Of a stretch of 60,537 nt of DNA, positions 19,089-28,477 are shown one piece after another; position 1 is the first letter of the stretch, and every line of letters begins with the position of its first letter. The translations under genes were made by a program, and so were the position numbers. Below the pieces are notes generated by a model. It did no database searches. It was not told the DNA's origin and worked only from the letters and a program-made list of their open reading frames with translations. This DNA comes from Nitrospirota bacterium (lineage in GTDB: Bacteria > Nitrospirota > Nitrospiria > Nitrospirales > Nitrospiraceae): assembly GCA_963701855.1 (NCBI GenBank), contig CAVPBK010000008.1, positions 1 to 60,537 of the forward strand, read 5' to 3'.

Positions 19089-19853
19089 CTAACCCGACTG
19101 CTTCAACATCTCAAGAGAAGTCGAGTCGGTTTGAAGCTCAGGCAGTGCGTATCGTTGGTCGAGTGCCACCACTCGTTCAAGACATCGTCGTGCCGAAACA
19201 AGATCATGGCGAGTGTCATACACCGTGGCAAGGAGCCGGAGCACTGCAGCTTCGGCTGGCTCGTTGCCGAGCTTGATGTAATGCTCCGAGGCGTTGTTTA
19301 AACAGCGCTCGGCTCTGAGTAGATCGTTCTGGTCGAGAAAACACTTGCCGAGCTGGCTATAGGTCACTGCGAGTCCTTCTTCATTCCCGACCACCCGGTG
19401 ATAGTCGAGGGCCTGTTTGAACGAAGCGACGGCCCGTTCCCACTGTCCCTCACGTGCCTCTTGCAACGCCAGATTGTTGTGGAGGATGCCGAGCGCGCGA
19501 TTGTCTTGTAGATCGCGAAGCAGATCCAACGCTTCGAGATAGTAGGGGCGGGCTTTCTCAGGATGATCGGCGCCGATGTGGAGATTGCCGAGGTTGACCA
19601 GCGTGTGGGCTATGGCATGCTGATTCCGCTCCGTACGTTGAATCGTGAGCACTTCTTTGTAGCAGGCTTCTGCGCGATCCAGGTCGCCAGAGAGGGCATA
19701 GACGTTGCCCAGATTACCGAGCGAGTCGGAGAGTGCGCGCGGGTCATTGGCCAGGCGATCATCCGCGACGGCCCGTTCATACGCGCCTTTGGCCTGCGCC
19801 AGTTGGCCCCGGTGGAGAAAAATTCGCGCGCGATGTTTGTCGGCGTCCGACAT
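19089..19853 (-). CDS. TPR-repeat protein
   Basis: Repeated LGNLGNVY / LVNLGNLH / HNNLA units. Confidence 0.9.
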   Translation of the reverse strand: MSDADKHRARIFLHRGQLAQAKGAYERAVADDRLANDPRALSDSLGNLGNVYALSGDLDRAEACYKEVLTIQRTERNQHAIAHTLVNLGNLHIGADHPEKARPYYLEALDLLRDLQDNRALGILHNNLALQEAREGQWERAVASFKQALDYHRVVGNEEGLAVTYSQLGKCFLDQNDLLRAERCLNNASEHYIKLGNEPAEAAVLRLLATVYDTRHDLVSARRCLERVVALDQRYALPELQTDSTSLEMLKQSG

Positions 19854-19902
19854 GAATCAGCTCTTGTGAGGAGGCGGGAAGTTTGCTACGGTGCGCTCAC
19901 AG

Positions 19903-20058
19903 ATGGCTCACACGAACTGCACACGTTGCGGCCGCGAATACATCTACCATTGTTGCGATGGGCCGGTGTGCATGCCATGTCCCCATTGTGGGCACGATGA
20001 GTCCGATCCAGAGCCCGTAGCTGCCAGCGAACAGCGCTCTGCTTCTAATAATCCCTAA
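19903..20058 (+). CDS. 51-aa Cys-rich microprotein (not in ORF track)
   Basis: MAHTNCTRCGREYIYHCCDGPVCMPCPHCGHDESDPEPVAASEQRSASNNP; extended -10 TGCTACGGT 10 nt upstream. Confidence 0.6.
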   Translation: MAHTNCTRCGREYIYHCCDGPVCMPCPHCGHDESDPEPVAASEQRSASNNP

Positions 20059-20096
20059 CTCAGCACTCAGAACTGTGAACTCAGTACTTTTGAAGG

Positions 20097-20525
20097 CTAG
20101 TCTCCTCCCTTCGGCGTGTCCCGTCGAAACTCGACTTGAATCTCATCCTCTTCATCAAGTCCCAATCCGTCACGAAATGATCCGTAGAGTTCCGTGATCT
20201 GTTCGACATCTGCTGGATGCTTGCCATCAGGAGAAGCAAGAAAGGTTTCACAAAGCCGGAGGCCGGTATGGAAATGACGCGCAATGGTCTCTTCCGTCAC
20301 CTGCTGCCAAGTGATGTAGATGCAGAAGGCCTGGAAGGCGTGGGCTAAAGGATAATGTTGTGCAATGGCAAGAAGACCCTCATAGGCCTCTCGCGCCGTC
20401 GCTCCGGCGTTTGACGAAAAGGTCAATTCGGCCTCGGCGGCGGCATCCCAGTCAGCACCGAGTTCGTTATTGGTGTCTGCTCGGCTGAATGCCTGCTGAG
20501 CGGCAAGAGCTGGATCGAATTGCAT
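20097..20525 (-). CDS. Acidic helical hypothetical protein
   Basis: GGAGG RBS before MQFDPALAA. Confidence 0.75.
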   Translation of the reverse strand: MQFDPALAAQQAFSRADTNNELGADWDAAAEAELTFSSNAGATAREAYEGLLAIAQHYPLAHAFQAFCIYITWQQVTEETIARHFHTGLRLCETFLASPDGKHPADVEQITELYGSFRDGLGLDEEDEIQVEFRRDTPKGGD

Positions 20526-20641
20526 GAGGCCCTCCGTGACTATGTTGACTGCAGCATACGCGCGTGGAGAAATGGAGGTCAATGCAATGCGTGCGTTTAC
20601 TTTTCTTCTTGCTGCTCTGTAGACTGTGACTGAGTAAGACG

Positions 20642-22450
20642 ATGGCCACCGAAATCCCCTTGTATCGAGAACCAGGCGAGACCTTACCGACCGATCCCAT
20701 CGATCGCGTGATCCACTATCACACCCAGACGAAGCATCATTTCAATCGCTATGCTCGTGCGCTTGGTTATCTGGATTGGGCGAATCAGCCTGATCCGTTT
20801 CGGCGGTTTGATGGAGCACCTCTTATCGCTCTGCCACTGCTGACGCCTGATGAAGACCCGGTATCGCCGGCCTATGACGCCATCTACCAGCCTGGGGCGG
20901 TCGCCTGCCAGCCTGTCAACATCCGTACGCTTTCTCGGTTCTTCGAGTTCGCCCTCGCGTTGTCGGCTTGGAAGAAGGCAGGGGAGTCGGAGTGGCCGCT
21001 ACGGAGTAACCCATCCTCAGGCAACCTACATCCGACAGAAGGCTATGTGGTCATGCCGCAGATCGAGGGGCTCGATCTGAATCCGGGTCTTTATCACTAC
21101 GCACCCAAAGAACATGGATTGGAGTTACGCGCTGAATTTCCAGCTGAACAGATTGTCCGACTGCTGGCTCCTTTTCCTTCCAGTGCATTTCTTTTCGGCC
21201 TGGCCTCGGTCCATTGGCGAGAAGCCTGGAAGTATGGAGAGCGAGCGTTTCGTTACTGTAACCATGATGTCGGCCATGCGATCGGTTCAGCGCGAATCGC
21301 CGCTGCGACGCTGGGCTGGAGCATGGCGCTGCTGGATAGTATGGGACAAGACACTGTTGCGCATCTGTTGGGGACCAATCGGTTGGGCGACTTTCAAGAT
21401 GTAGAACCAGAGCATCCGGACTGTCTCGCAGTGGTCTGGCCATCGAGGGATGTAAAAGGTGAATCGTTAAACGTGAAACGCGGGGAACTGATAGAGATTC
21501 CGCTGTTTCTCGATCCAGCGGTGGTCAAGGGACTCACTTCAGGAAAGTGGAATGGAAAGGCTAATCGGTTGAGCGGCGAACATGGCGTACATTGGGATAT
21601 TATTGAGGAAGCAGCAACCGCGAGTTGGAAGTGTACGGCTGAGCAGCGCTCGGTGGCTCTTCCAATACTCCTCACGAATGACGTTTCACACTTCACGCTT
21701 AACGAGAGCCCCTCCGCGGGACAGATTATTCGCCAGCGGCGGAGTGCCGTGTCGTTCGATGGCAAGACTGCGATCTCCGCTACGACGTTCTATAGAATGA
21801 TGCGATTGGTGACGCCTCGCGCGGATCGGCCTCAGTTGGATCGACCGATGCCGTGGGATACTTGGCCCTACGAGCCCGCGATTCATTTAGTGCTTTTTGT
21901 CCATCGCATTGACGGTCTCACACCGGGGCTCTATTTTCTGGTCCGTGATCCACAGAAGCTATCGTTCATCCAGCAATCGATGAATACAGAGCTGACATGG
22001 ACTCCGGCCCCAGGTTGTCCGGAGGATCTGTCTCTCTACTGGTTGCTTGAAGGCGATGCAAAGAAGCTGGCCATTCAAGTAAGTTGTCATCAAGACATTG
22101 CCGGTGACAGCGCATTCTCGTTTGGTATGCTGGCTGAGTTCGAGGGGCGCATGCGGGAAGGGGGAGCCTGGCAGTATCCACGTCTTTTCTGGGAGTCGGG
22201 ATTGCTGGGACAGATCCTGTATTTGGAAGCAGAAGCTGCAGGGGTCAGGGCCACTGGGATCGGATGTTTCTTCGACGACCCGGTGCATGAGATCGTGGCG
22301 GTGAAGGAGCGGAGCTTCCAATCGTTCTATCACTTCACGATAGGCGGCCCGGTCGAAGATAAACGACTGATGACATTGCCGCCCTATGAGCATCTAAGGC
22401 GTAAGGGGAGTAACGTGCCGAGTGCGGAGAGCGGAGAACCAGTCATCTAA
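20642..22450 (+). CDS. SagB/ThcOx-family tandem nitroreductase-domain protein
   Basis: LRSNPSSGNLHPTE, WKYGERAFRY, QRRSAVSF, GATGIG-like RATGIGCFFDD. Confidence 0.9.
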   Translation: MATEIPLYREPGETLPTDPIDRVIHYHTQTKHHFNRYARALGYLDWANQPDPFRRFDGAPLIALPLLTPDEDPVSPAYDAIYQPGAVACQPVNIRTLSRFFEFALALSAWKKAGESEWPLRSNPSSGNLHPTEGYVVMPQIEGLDLNPGLYHYAPKEHGLELRAEFPAEQIVRLLAPFPSSAFLFGLASVHWREAWKYGERAFRYCNHDVGHAIGSARIAAATLGWSMALLDSMGQDTVAHLLGTNRLGDFQDVEPEHPDCLAVVWPSRDVKGESLNVKRGELIEIPLFLDPAVVKGLTSGKWNGKANRLSGEHGVHWDIIEEAATASWKCTAEQRSVALPILLTNDVSHFTLNESPSAGQIIRQRRSAVSFDGKTAISATTFYRMMRLVTPRADRPQLDRPMPWDTWPYEPAIHLVLFVHRIDGLTPGLYFLVRDPQKLSFIQQSMNTELTWTPAPGCPEDLSLYWLLEGDAKKLAIQVSCHQDIAGDSAFSFGMLAEFEGRMREGGAWQYPRLFWESGLLGQILYLEAEAAGVRATGIGCFFDDPVHEIVAVKERSFQSFYHFTIGGPVEDKRLMTLPPYEHLRRKGSNVPSAESGEPVI

Positions 22451-22476
22451 ACGATATACTAGAGGTAAGCTGAGGA

Positions 22477-23331
22477 ATGTTCAAGATCAAGAAGAAAGCC
22501 GGGAAGCAGAAATCTACAGTCCTTTATAACATCGTCGAAGACTATTCTGAGTTCGATGCGCCGGGGAATGTGACGGTCTGTGCTATGACGCTCCAGGAAG
22601 ATTTGGTCGCACATGCGAAGGTCTTATCGGAAAGCTATGAGGTTCCACTGTCGGTGATGACCAAGCTGCTGACCGAAGGCGGCGTCTATGTGTATCCCCA
22701 AGCTGGCGGGATCCTGACACGAGGGTTGTTTACCTGTCGAATCGATCCGACTGGGGAGTTTCCCAAGCAAACCTGGACCTTGGACCTTCTGCAATTTGCC
22801 GAGGCGGAACAGCTGGCGCACGCGCGCGGCATTTCACTCGATGAAGTAGCGGCGTTAGTCTTTCACCGGACTTTGCCGGAGGAGTTGCAGACGAAACTCT
22901 ACCAGAAGAACCTTGGGATCGATTACCGCACATTGGATCGCGCGGTTGCGAAGGGCGGAGACATCAAGTACATCGACTTCCGCAAGGATTGGTCTCCGCA
23001 TTTCAAGCGACTCTGTATCATGCCGGATGGGCGTTTAGTTGAGACGGGAGGACTCGAGGAGTTTGCGCAGCTCCATGGCATTACGTCGGCGCAGGCGAAG
23101 ACGCTGGTCGAGCAGGGAGGCACGTTGGAAGTGAATGACGAGATCTTGGCTTGTCAGATTGTGAACGGTCAGCCAGCCGTGGCGCGATTTACTGCGAAGA
23201 ACTATGCGAAAGCCAAGGAGTTGGTTAGGACAAAAGGGCTCCATATTATAGATGCCTTGAGCGAAGTGGCGTATAGCGATCCGGTAATGATGCGTTCGTT
23301 GGCCAGGAAAGAACTCTCTGAAGGCCGATGA
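22477..23331 (+). CDS. Hypothetical protein with apparent internal duplication
   Basis: GAGGA RBS; 284 aa. Confidence 0.85.
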   Translation: MFKIKKKAGKQKSTVLYNIVEDYSEFDAPGNVTVCAMTLQEDLVAHAKVLSESYEVPLSVMTKLLTEGGVYVYPQAGGILTRGLFTCRIDPTGEFPKQTWTLDLLQFAEAEQLAHARGISLDEVAALVFHRTLPEELQTKLYQKNLGIDYRTLDRAVAKGGDIKYIDFRKDWSPHFKRLCIMPDGRLVETGGLEEFAQLHGITSAQAKTLVEQGGTLEVNDEILACQIVNGQPAVARFTAKNYAKAKELVRTKGLHIIDALSEVAYSDPVMMRSLARKELSEGR

Positions 23332-23677
23332 GGCTTCCTGTGACATTGCTGACCACGTCAGTGGGCGAGGGGTGTCGGTTGTGGCAATAGACTTGGAACC
23401 ATTCGACACTCAACGAGAGCAGAAATGCAACACCAGTAGCGAAGAATAGTGCGCGCCGAGCTGTTGTGGTAGAGCAGAATCGGTTAAGGAGATACCTGAG
23501 TGGAAGAAAGAGGCCTACCTTTGCGACGACATCAAACAGGAAATGCCGCGAGTTGAAATTATCAGCGGTCGGGAGCCATTGACTGTATTCCCAACGGGAA
23601 TGTGCCGACCAGTGCAATGAATAGAGCCCAGAGCGGAAGCAGCGCTCACTCGATTTTCCTCGTGTGATTGGCCACAC
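23246..23677 (-). pseudogene. VanZ-family membrane protein, degraded
   Basis: DVVAKVGLFLPL...SLSVEWFQVY..RHPSPTDVVSNVTG; 3' end overlaps the convergent gene. Confidence 0.65.
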
Positions 23678-23856
23678 CTTCCATGTTTGTTCATCTTCCT
23701 GCCTGCCGCAGAGAGTGAGCGACCCGAGGTTGCAATCCTAGGGATTTTCTGTTTCCCGCGCGTCCCGCGCCTGTGATCGGTTGAAGCAGGAAGCCGAATA
23801 AGAAGCGAACGAATCAGAAAATTGTGAAGCTGCTTGTGAATCTGAAGAGGGCTGCG

Positions 23857-24219
23857 CTACTTGGCGAGTTCTTCGTTGACGGCTTGAACGAGTTTGTCGA
23901 GGTCGAAGGGTTTCTCGAAGACGCGACGGGCTCCAAAGAGCTTCGCAACATCGAGAAAGTTGCGGTCGCCTTGCGCGCCGGTCATAGCAATGACTTTCGC
24001 ATCGAGATAATCACGCGTCAGTTGCAACGTGGTTTCGAGACCGTCGGTTCCCGGCATCAGAATGTCCATGAGGACCAGGTCTACTTTGTTTTGTTGGTAG
24101 AGAGTCAACCCCTCCTGACCATCACGGGCTTCGAGCACACGGTGGTTGGCTCTTTCCAGAACCTCCTTCAGGAGGTTCCGGATCGATTCTTCGTCGTCGA
24201 TGATGAGGATCGTAGCCAT
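23857..24219 (-). CDS. Single-domain response regulator
   Basis: ILIIDDE, LMDILMP, KPF. Confidence 0.95.
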   Translation of the reverse strand: MATILIIDDEESIRNLLKEVLERANHRVLEARDGQEGLTLYQQNKVDLVLMDILMPGTDGLETTLQLTRDYLDAKVIAMTGAQGDRNFLDVAKLFGARRVFEKPFDLDKLVQAVNEELAK

Positions 24220-24520
24220 GGTGTAAGCGGTGCTCCTATTGTTTTGAATCTTACCTATATTGGATTCTCCTGTCTAGGAAGAAGTTAATAGGAGGTGCGG
24301 GGAATAAGCATGACGGTGAGGCTGGATCGAGCAGCTGCATGCCAATGAAGCGGACGCTGGAGAGAAACGATTCTCTATATGAATTCTCTTGCACCGATCA
24401 AGACTAGGCCGATAGAGATTGAGTCGGACGAGACGAGGTGGTGCTGATTGCATCTACGGGAGGGGTTGACTGGCCCTGAGACTTTTGATACAAGCACCAG
24501 CGTTGTCCTGACAGACTGCT

Positions 24521-25111
24521 GTGCACCTTTTCCGGAGTGGTTCTTTGCCGCACCCAGATTCCTGGTCTTGGACTCGCCGAGATTTCTTGAAAACGTCCGT
24601 TGTCGGACTTCTATTGCTCGGCAGTAGATTTCTGTGCCCATCGGTCGCGCGCGCAACCGAGCTTCCTGACGCCGAACTCACCTTCTTCAATGTGCACACG
24701 AACGAACGACTGCGAGTCCGCTATCGTGATGACGCAGGGAATTATGACCTGACGGCGCTGGATGAGGTAAATCATATTCTGCGTTGCCATCACACAGGAG
24801 AAGTTGCCGCCATCGATGTGCAATTGCTCGAACACGTTAATCTCGTGCATAAAGCGGTTAATGGCGCCGGCGACATCCATGTAATTTCCGGCTATCGGTC
24901 GCCTGAATACAATGCGCAGCTCGTGAAGCGGAGCCGGCGGGTCGCGCAGCACAGCCTGCACGTCCAGGGACAGGCGCTCGACTTTTATGTTCCCGGTGTC
25001 AAGATCCGCGAGATCCGCCATGCCGCGTTGAAGCTGAAGTATGGTGGGGTAGGCTTTTATCCACGCGCGCAGTTCATTCATCTCGATTGCGGTCCTTTCC
25101 GAACCTGGTAG
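24521..25111 (+). CDS. YcbK/DUF882 peptidase M15-family protein, Tat signal
   Basis: TRRDFLK; ISGYRSP, SLHVQGQALD, FIHLD. Confidence 0.9.
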   Translation: MHLFRSGSLPHPDSWSWTRRDFLKTSVVGLLLLGSRFLCPSVARATELPDAELTFFNVHTNERLRVRYRDDAGNYDLTALDEVNHILRCHHTGEVAAIDVQLLEHVNLVHKAVNGAGDIHVISGYRSPEYNAQLVKRSRRVAQHSLHVQGQALDFYVPGVKIREIRHAALKLKYGGVGFYPRAQFIHLDCGPFRTW

Positions 25112-25121
25112 CTCCCTTCTA

Positions 25122-25323
25122 TTGAACTGCTGAAAAACGATTGCGGCACGCTGGAACTTCGACGATCCACAGGTGTATCCCAATAAGAAGACCTTCTCGC
25201 AGGACGCTCAAAAAGCCCGTCCAGCGCGGCCGCAGCGAGCGATGAGGCGAGGCGTACCCTTGCGGTACGTTGAGTCTCTGAGCGATGCGAGAACAAAGCT
25301 GGCGGGATTTTTCAGCGTCCTGC
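25122..25323 (-). repeat. Palindromic MITE/REP-like element, copy 2, with extra arm
   Basis: IR GCAGGACGCTCAAAAA...TTTTTCAGCGTCCTGC (25199-25323); third IR-like end near 25125. Confidence 0.85.
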
Positions 25324-25326
25324 ACT

Positions 25327-27534
25327 TCAGATTCGCTTGAGGAATAAGACCGAGAGAGGCGGTAGTGTGACGGCGAGTGAATAGGGCATCCCGTGGGAGG
25401 GGACAGCGCTTGTGAGAAGTCCTCCCGTATTACCCATGTTGCTTCCCCCGTAGACCGAGGCATCGCTGTTCAAGAGCTCGCAATAGTAGCCTTGGCCAGG
25501 TACACCGACTCGATAGTTGTAGCGAGGAACAGGGGTGAAGTTGCACAAGCATACGATCTGATTTTCTCGGTTCCTGGCTTTTCGGAGGAAGGCGACCACG
25601 GAATGGGCCGCATCGCAAAAATCGATCCACTGAAAACCTGCCCAATCGTGATCGAGTTCATGCAATGCCGGCTCTTGGCAGTAAAGTCGGTTAAGGTCTT
25701 GTACAAGCCGCTGTAGTCCCGCATGCCGCTCGAATTCACAGAGATGCCATTCCAGGCTGGTGTCATGATTCCACTCGCGCCACTGTCCGAATTCTCCGCC
25801 CATGAACAGCATTTTCTTGCCGGGATGCCCGTACATGAAGCCATAGATGGCGCGGAGGTTGGCAAAGCGTTGCCACTCGTCACCGGGCATTTTGTCGAGC
25901 AGCGATCGCTTTCCGTGCACCACTTCATCGTGGGACAGCACCAGGACGAAATTTTCATTGAAGGCATAAAGGAGCCCAAATGTAATCTGATTCTGGTGAA
26001 AAGGGCGATGGACAGGATCGTGGCCGAAGTATCCCAGCATGTCGTGCATCCAGCCCATGTTCCACTTGAACGTGAAGCCCAGCCCTCCGGCATAGGTGGG
26101 GCGTGAGACTCCCGGCCAGTGCGTGGATTCCTCGGCAATGGTTATGGCGCCAGGGAAATCACGATGGACCAGGACATTCAAGTCTTTCAGCAGCGTGACG
26201 GCTCCGATGTTTTCTTGCCCGCCGAACTGATTGGGAATCCATTCTCCCTCCTTCCGGCCGTAATTGAGATAGAGCATCGAGGCGACAGCATCCACCCGCA
26301 AGCCGTCGATATGGTATCGATCCAACCAAAAAAGCCCGCTGTTTAGAAGGAAGTTCCGGACCTCGGCGCGATCGTAATTGAAGATGCGGCTATGCCAGTC
26401 CGGGTGGTAGCCAAGCCTTGGGTCGGCATGGTCGTAGAGATGCGTGCCGTCAAACTGGGCAAGTCCATGCGGATCGTCTGGAAAGTGCGCGGGGGTCCAG
26501 TCCATCAGCACACCGATTCCGGCCTGATGTGCCGTATCGACAAAGGCCATGAAGTCTTCTGGAGAGCCGTGTCGGCTGGTGACGGCGAAATAGCCGGTGG
26601 TCTGATAGCCCCAGGATCCATCGAAAGGGTGTTCGGTAATTGGCAGCAGTTCCATATGGGTATAGCCCATATTTTTCACGTATGGGATGAGCTTCGCGGC
26701 AAGTTCTGAATAGGTCAGCCAGCGATTCCCTTCCTCAGGGATACGCATCCAGGAGCCGAGATGGACCTCGTAAATTGCGAGAGGCGAGGTGAGCGGGTCT
26801 TGCTGTGCCCGCGCCGTCATCCAGGGCTGGTCCTTCCAGCAGTAGGGAGAGAATGCTCGAACGATCGAGGCGGTCTTGGGCCGCAGTTCTGATGCGACTG
26901 CATAGGGATCGGCTTTCAGGAGCGGTGCCTCATGATGGCGCGGTAGAATTTCATATTTATAGAGGGTGCCGTCTGTGAGTTCAGGAATGAAGAGTTCCCA
27001 GAGGCCGGTTGCTCCGCGGTTCGTCATGGGGTGGCGGCGGCCATCCCATTGGTTGAAGTCGCCCACAATACTCACTCGCGTAGCGTTCGGCGCCCAGACG
27101 ACAAAATGGACTCCAACGATATTCTGCACTGTTCGGAAATGGGCGCCCATGGTTTCGTAGGCTTTGAAGAAAGTCCCCTCGGCGAAGAGATGCAGCTCAA
27201 AGTCGGTGAGGAGGGGCGGGAAGGTATAGGGATCGTACCGTTCCGAGACTTGTCCTGCCTGGTTGGTTACGCGGAGACGATAGGGGCCTGTTTCGAGTGG
27301 CCCAGGCACGATGGCTTCAAACAGACCAGCCACATGGAGGCGCGTCATGGGAATGGGCTGTTGACCTCGCTTACTGAGGAGTAGGGCAACGTCATCGGCC
27401 TCCGGCAAGAAACAACGAATCGCAACAAATGGGGAACCACCCTGGACCATTGGATGGGGACCAAGAATCGCGAGGGGGTCCCAATGGTGACCCTGGACGA
27501 GTTGTTTGAGTTGATCGAGCGGCAAATCTGACAT
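25327..27534 (-). CDS. glgB: 1,4-alpha-glucan branching enzyme
   Basis: YEVHLGSW, GLRVDAVASMLY, AEEST, LSHDEVVHGK. Confidence 0.98.
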   Translation of the reverse strand: MSDLPLDQLKQLVQGHHWDPLAILGPHPMVQGGSPFVAIRCFLPEADDVALLLSKRGQQPIPMTRLHVAGLFEAIVPGPLETGPYRLRVTNQAGQVSERYDPYTFPPLLTDFELHLFAEGTFFKAYETMGAHFRTVQNIVGVHFVVWAPNATRVSIVGDFNQWDGRRHPMTNRGATGLWELFIPELTDGTLYKYEILPRHHEAPLLKADPYAVASELRPKTASIVRAFSPYCWKDQPWMTARAQQDPLTSPLAIYEVHLGSWMRIPEEGNRWLTYSELAAKLIPYVKNMGYTHMELLPITEHPFDGSWGYQTTGYFAVTSRHGSPEDFMAFVDTAHQAGIGVLMDWTPAHFPDDPHGLAQFDGTHLYDHADPRLGYHPDWHSRIFNYDRAEVRNFLLNSGLFWLDRYHIDGLRVDAVASMLYLNYGRKEGEWIPNQFGGQENIGAVTLLKDLNVLVHRDFPGAITIAEESTHWPGVSRPTYAGGLGFTFKWNMGWMHDMLGYFGHDPVHRPFHQNQITFGLLYAFNENFVLVLSHDEVVHGKRSLLDKMPGDEWQRFANLRAIYGFMYGHPGKKMLFMGGEFGQWREWNHDTSLEWHLCEFERHAGLQRLVQDLNRLYCQEPALHELDHDWAGFQWIDFCDAAHSVVAFLRKARNRENQIVCLCNFTPVPRYNYRVGVPGQGYYCELLNSDASVYGGSNMGNTGGLLTSAVPSHGMPYSLAVTLPPLSVLFLKRI

Positions 27535-27835
27535 GTAAAGAGCCCCCGCAGTGTATTGGCTGTATCGTAAGGGGGGTGAATGAAGAATGGAAGAGGAAAA
27601 CGTCTTGTAATTTCAGATTTCAGAACTCACCGTCGCATGCCTTGTCCACGACCGCCCATTGCAGTTCGGTTGAAGGTCGCCCATCGTGAAGTGGAAATGT
27701 CCTGAAGTAAAAAAGAATCAAATGAGCCTGATCAGCGGCATTTTCACCAGGCATCCATATAATGTTTGGGGGTAGATCAACACCTCATGTCGCGAATGAG
27801 TCGTGGCTTGACTCAATATCAAAGGGGTAGACATT

Positions 27836-28477
27836 CTAGACGGCGATGGATCTTCGCATATGCGCAGATCTGGTCACACCACTCTTGAGGACAATCTCGC
27901 AAATGTGATCGAGGCGCTCGATATGTTCATAGGCGGCCCATGGATCCGTTGCGACTGCACAGACGCCATGATTGGCTTGTCCCACGATATCGAAGGCCAG
28001 CGACCCGTCCTTGCCGATGCCGAAACATTCAGCCGTCGCATCCGCAAGTTCACGTGACAAAGCCGGCAACGCCGACACAGTCGGTCCTACTCGGGTATAG
28101 CGCGAAATTTCAGGGAACTCTGCACTAATAGACTGCAAGTCGATGCCGGCATAGATGGCAGCCACGATGTGGGTGGAGTGAACATGCACGACCGTTCTGG
28201 TTTTACTCCCATCGCGCTGCAAATTCCAGTGCATCCAGAGCTCTCCAGACGGTTGCTGGCCCTCACGAACCTTAGGCATCAGTTCACCCGTCAGGGGCTC
28301 TTTCACAATCTCTACCCGTACGACATGCTCCGGATGCACAATGGTTTTTCGCCAGCCAGAGGGGGTAATGTAGAGATACTTCCCCTCGCGCTTCCGCATG
28401 CTAATGTTCCCGTCTCTCGTCGTAATCCATCCGCGCTCATACACGCGCCGCATCACATCGCCGATCGCTGTCAACAT
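27836..28477 (-). CDS. Class II aldolase/adducin-family protein
   Basis: GNIS, ITPSG, PSGE..MH, VVHVHS, NHG. Confidence 0.9.
   Translation of the reverse strand: MLTAIGDVMRRVYERGWITTRDGNISMRKREGKYLYITPSGWRKTIVHPEHVVRVEIVKEPLTGELMPKVREGQQPSGELWMHWNLQRDGSKTRTVVHVHSTHIVAAIYAGIDLQSISAEFPEISRYTRVGPTVSALPALSRELADATAECFGIGKDGSLAFDIVGQANHGVCAVATDPWAAYEHIERLDHICEIVLKSGVTRSAHMRRSIAV

Noticed and set aside
19903..22450. Complete azole-RiPP cluster
   Set aside because: A SagB-type oxidase is present but there is no YcaO/E1 cyclodehydratase or transporter in the window.
23738..24290. Further CTAGG half-sites (23738, 24273; also near 2395 and 9715)
   Set aside because: Half-sites or wrong dyad spacing; not counted in the box set.
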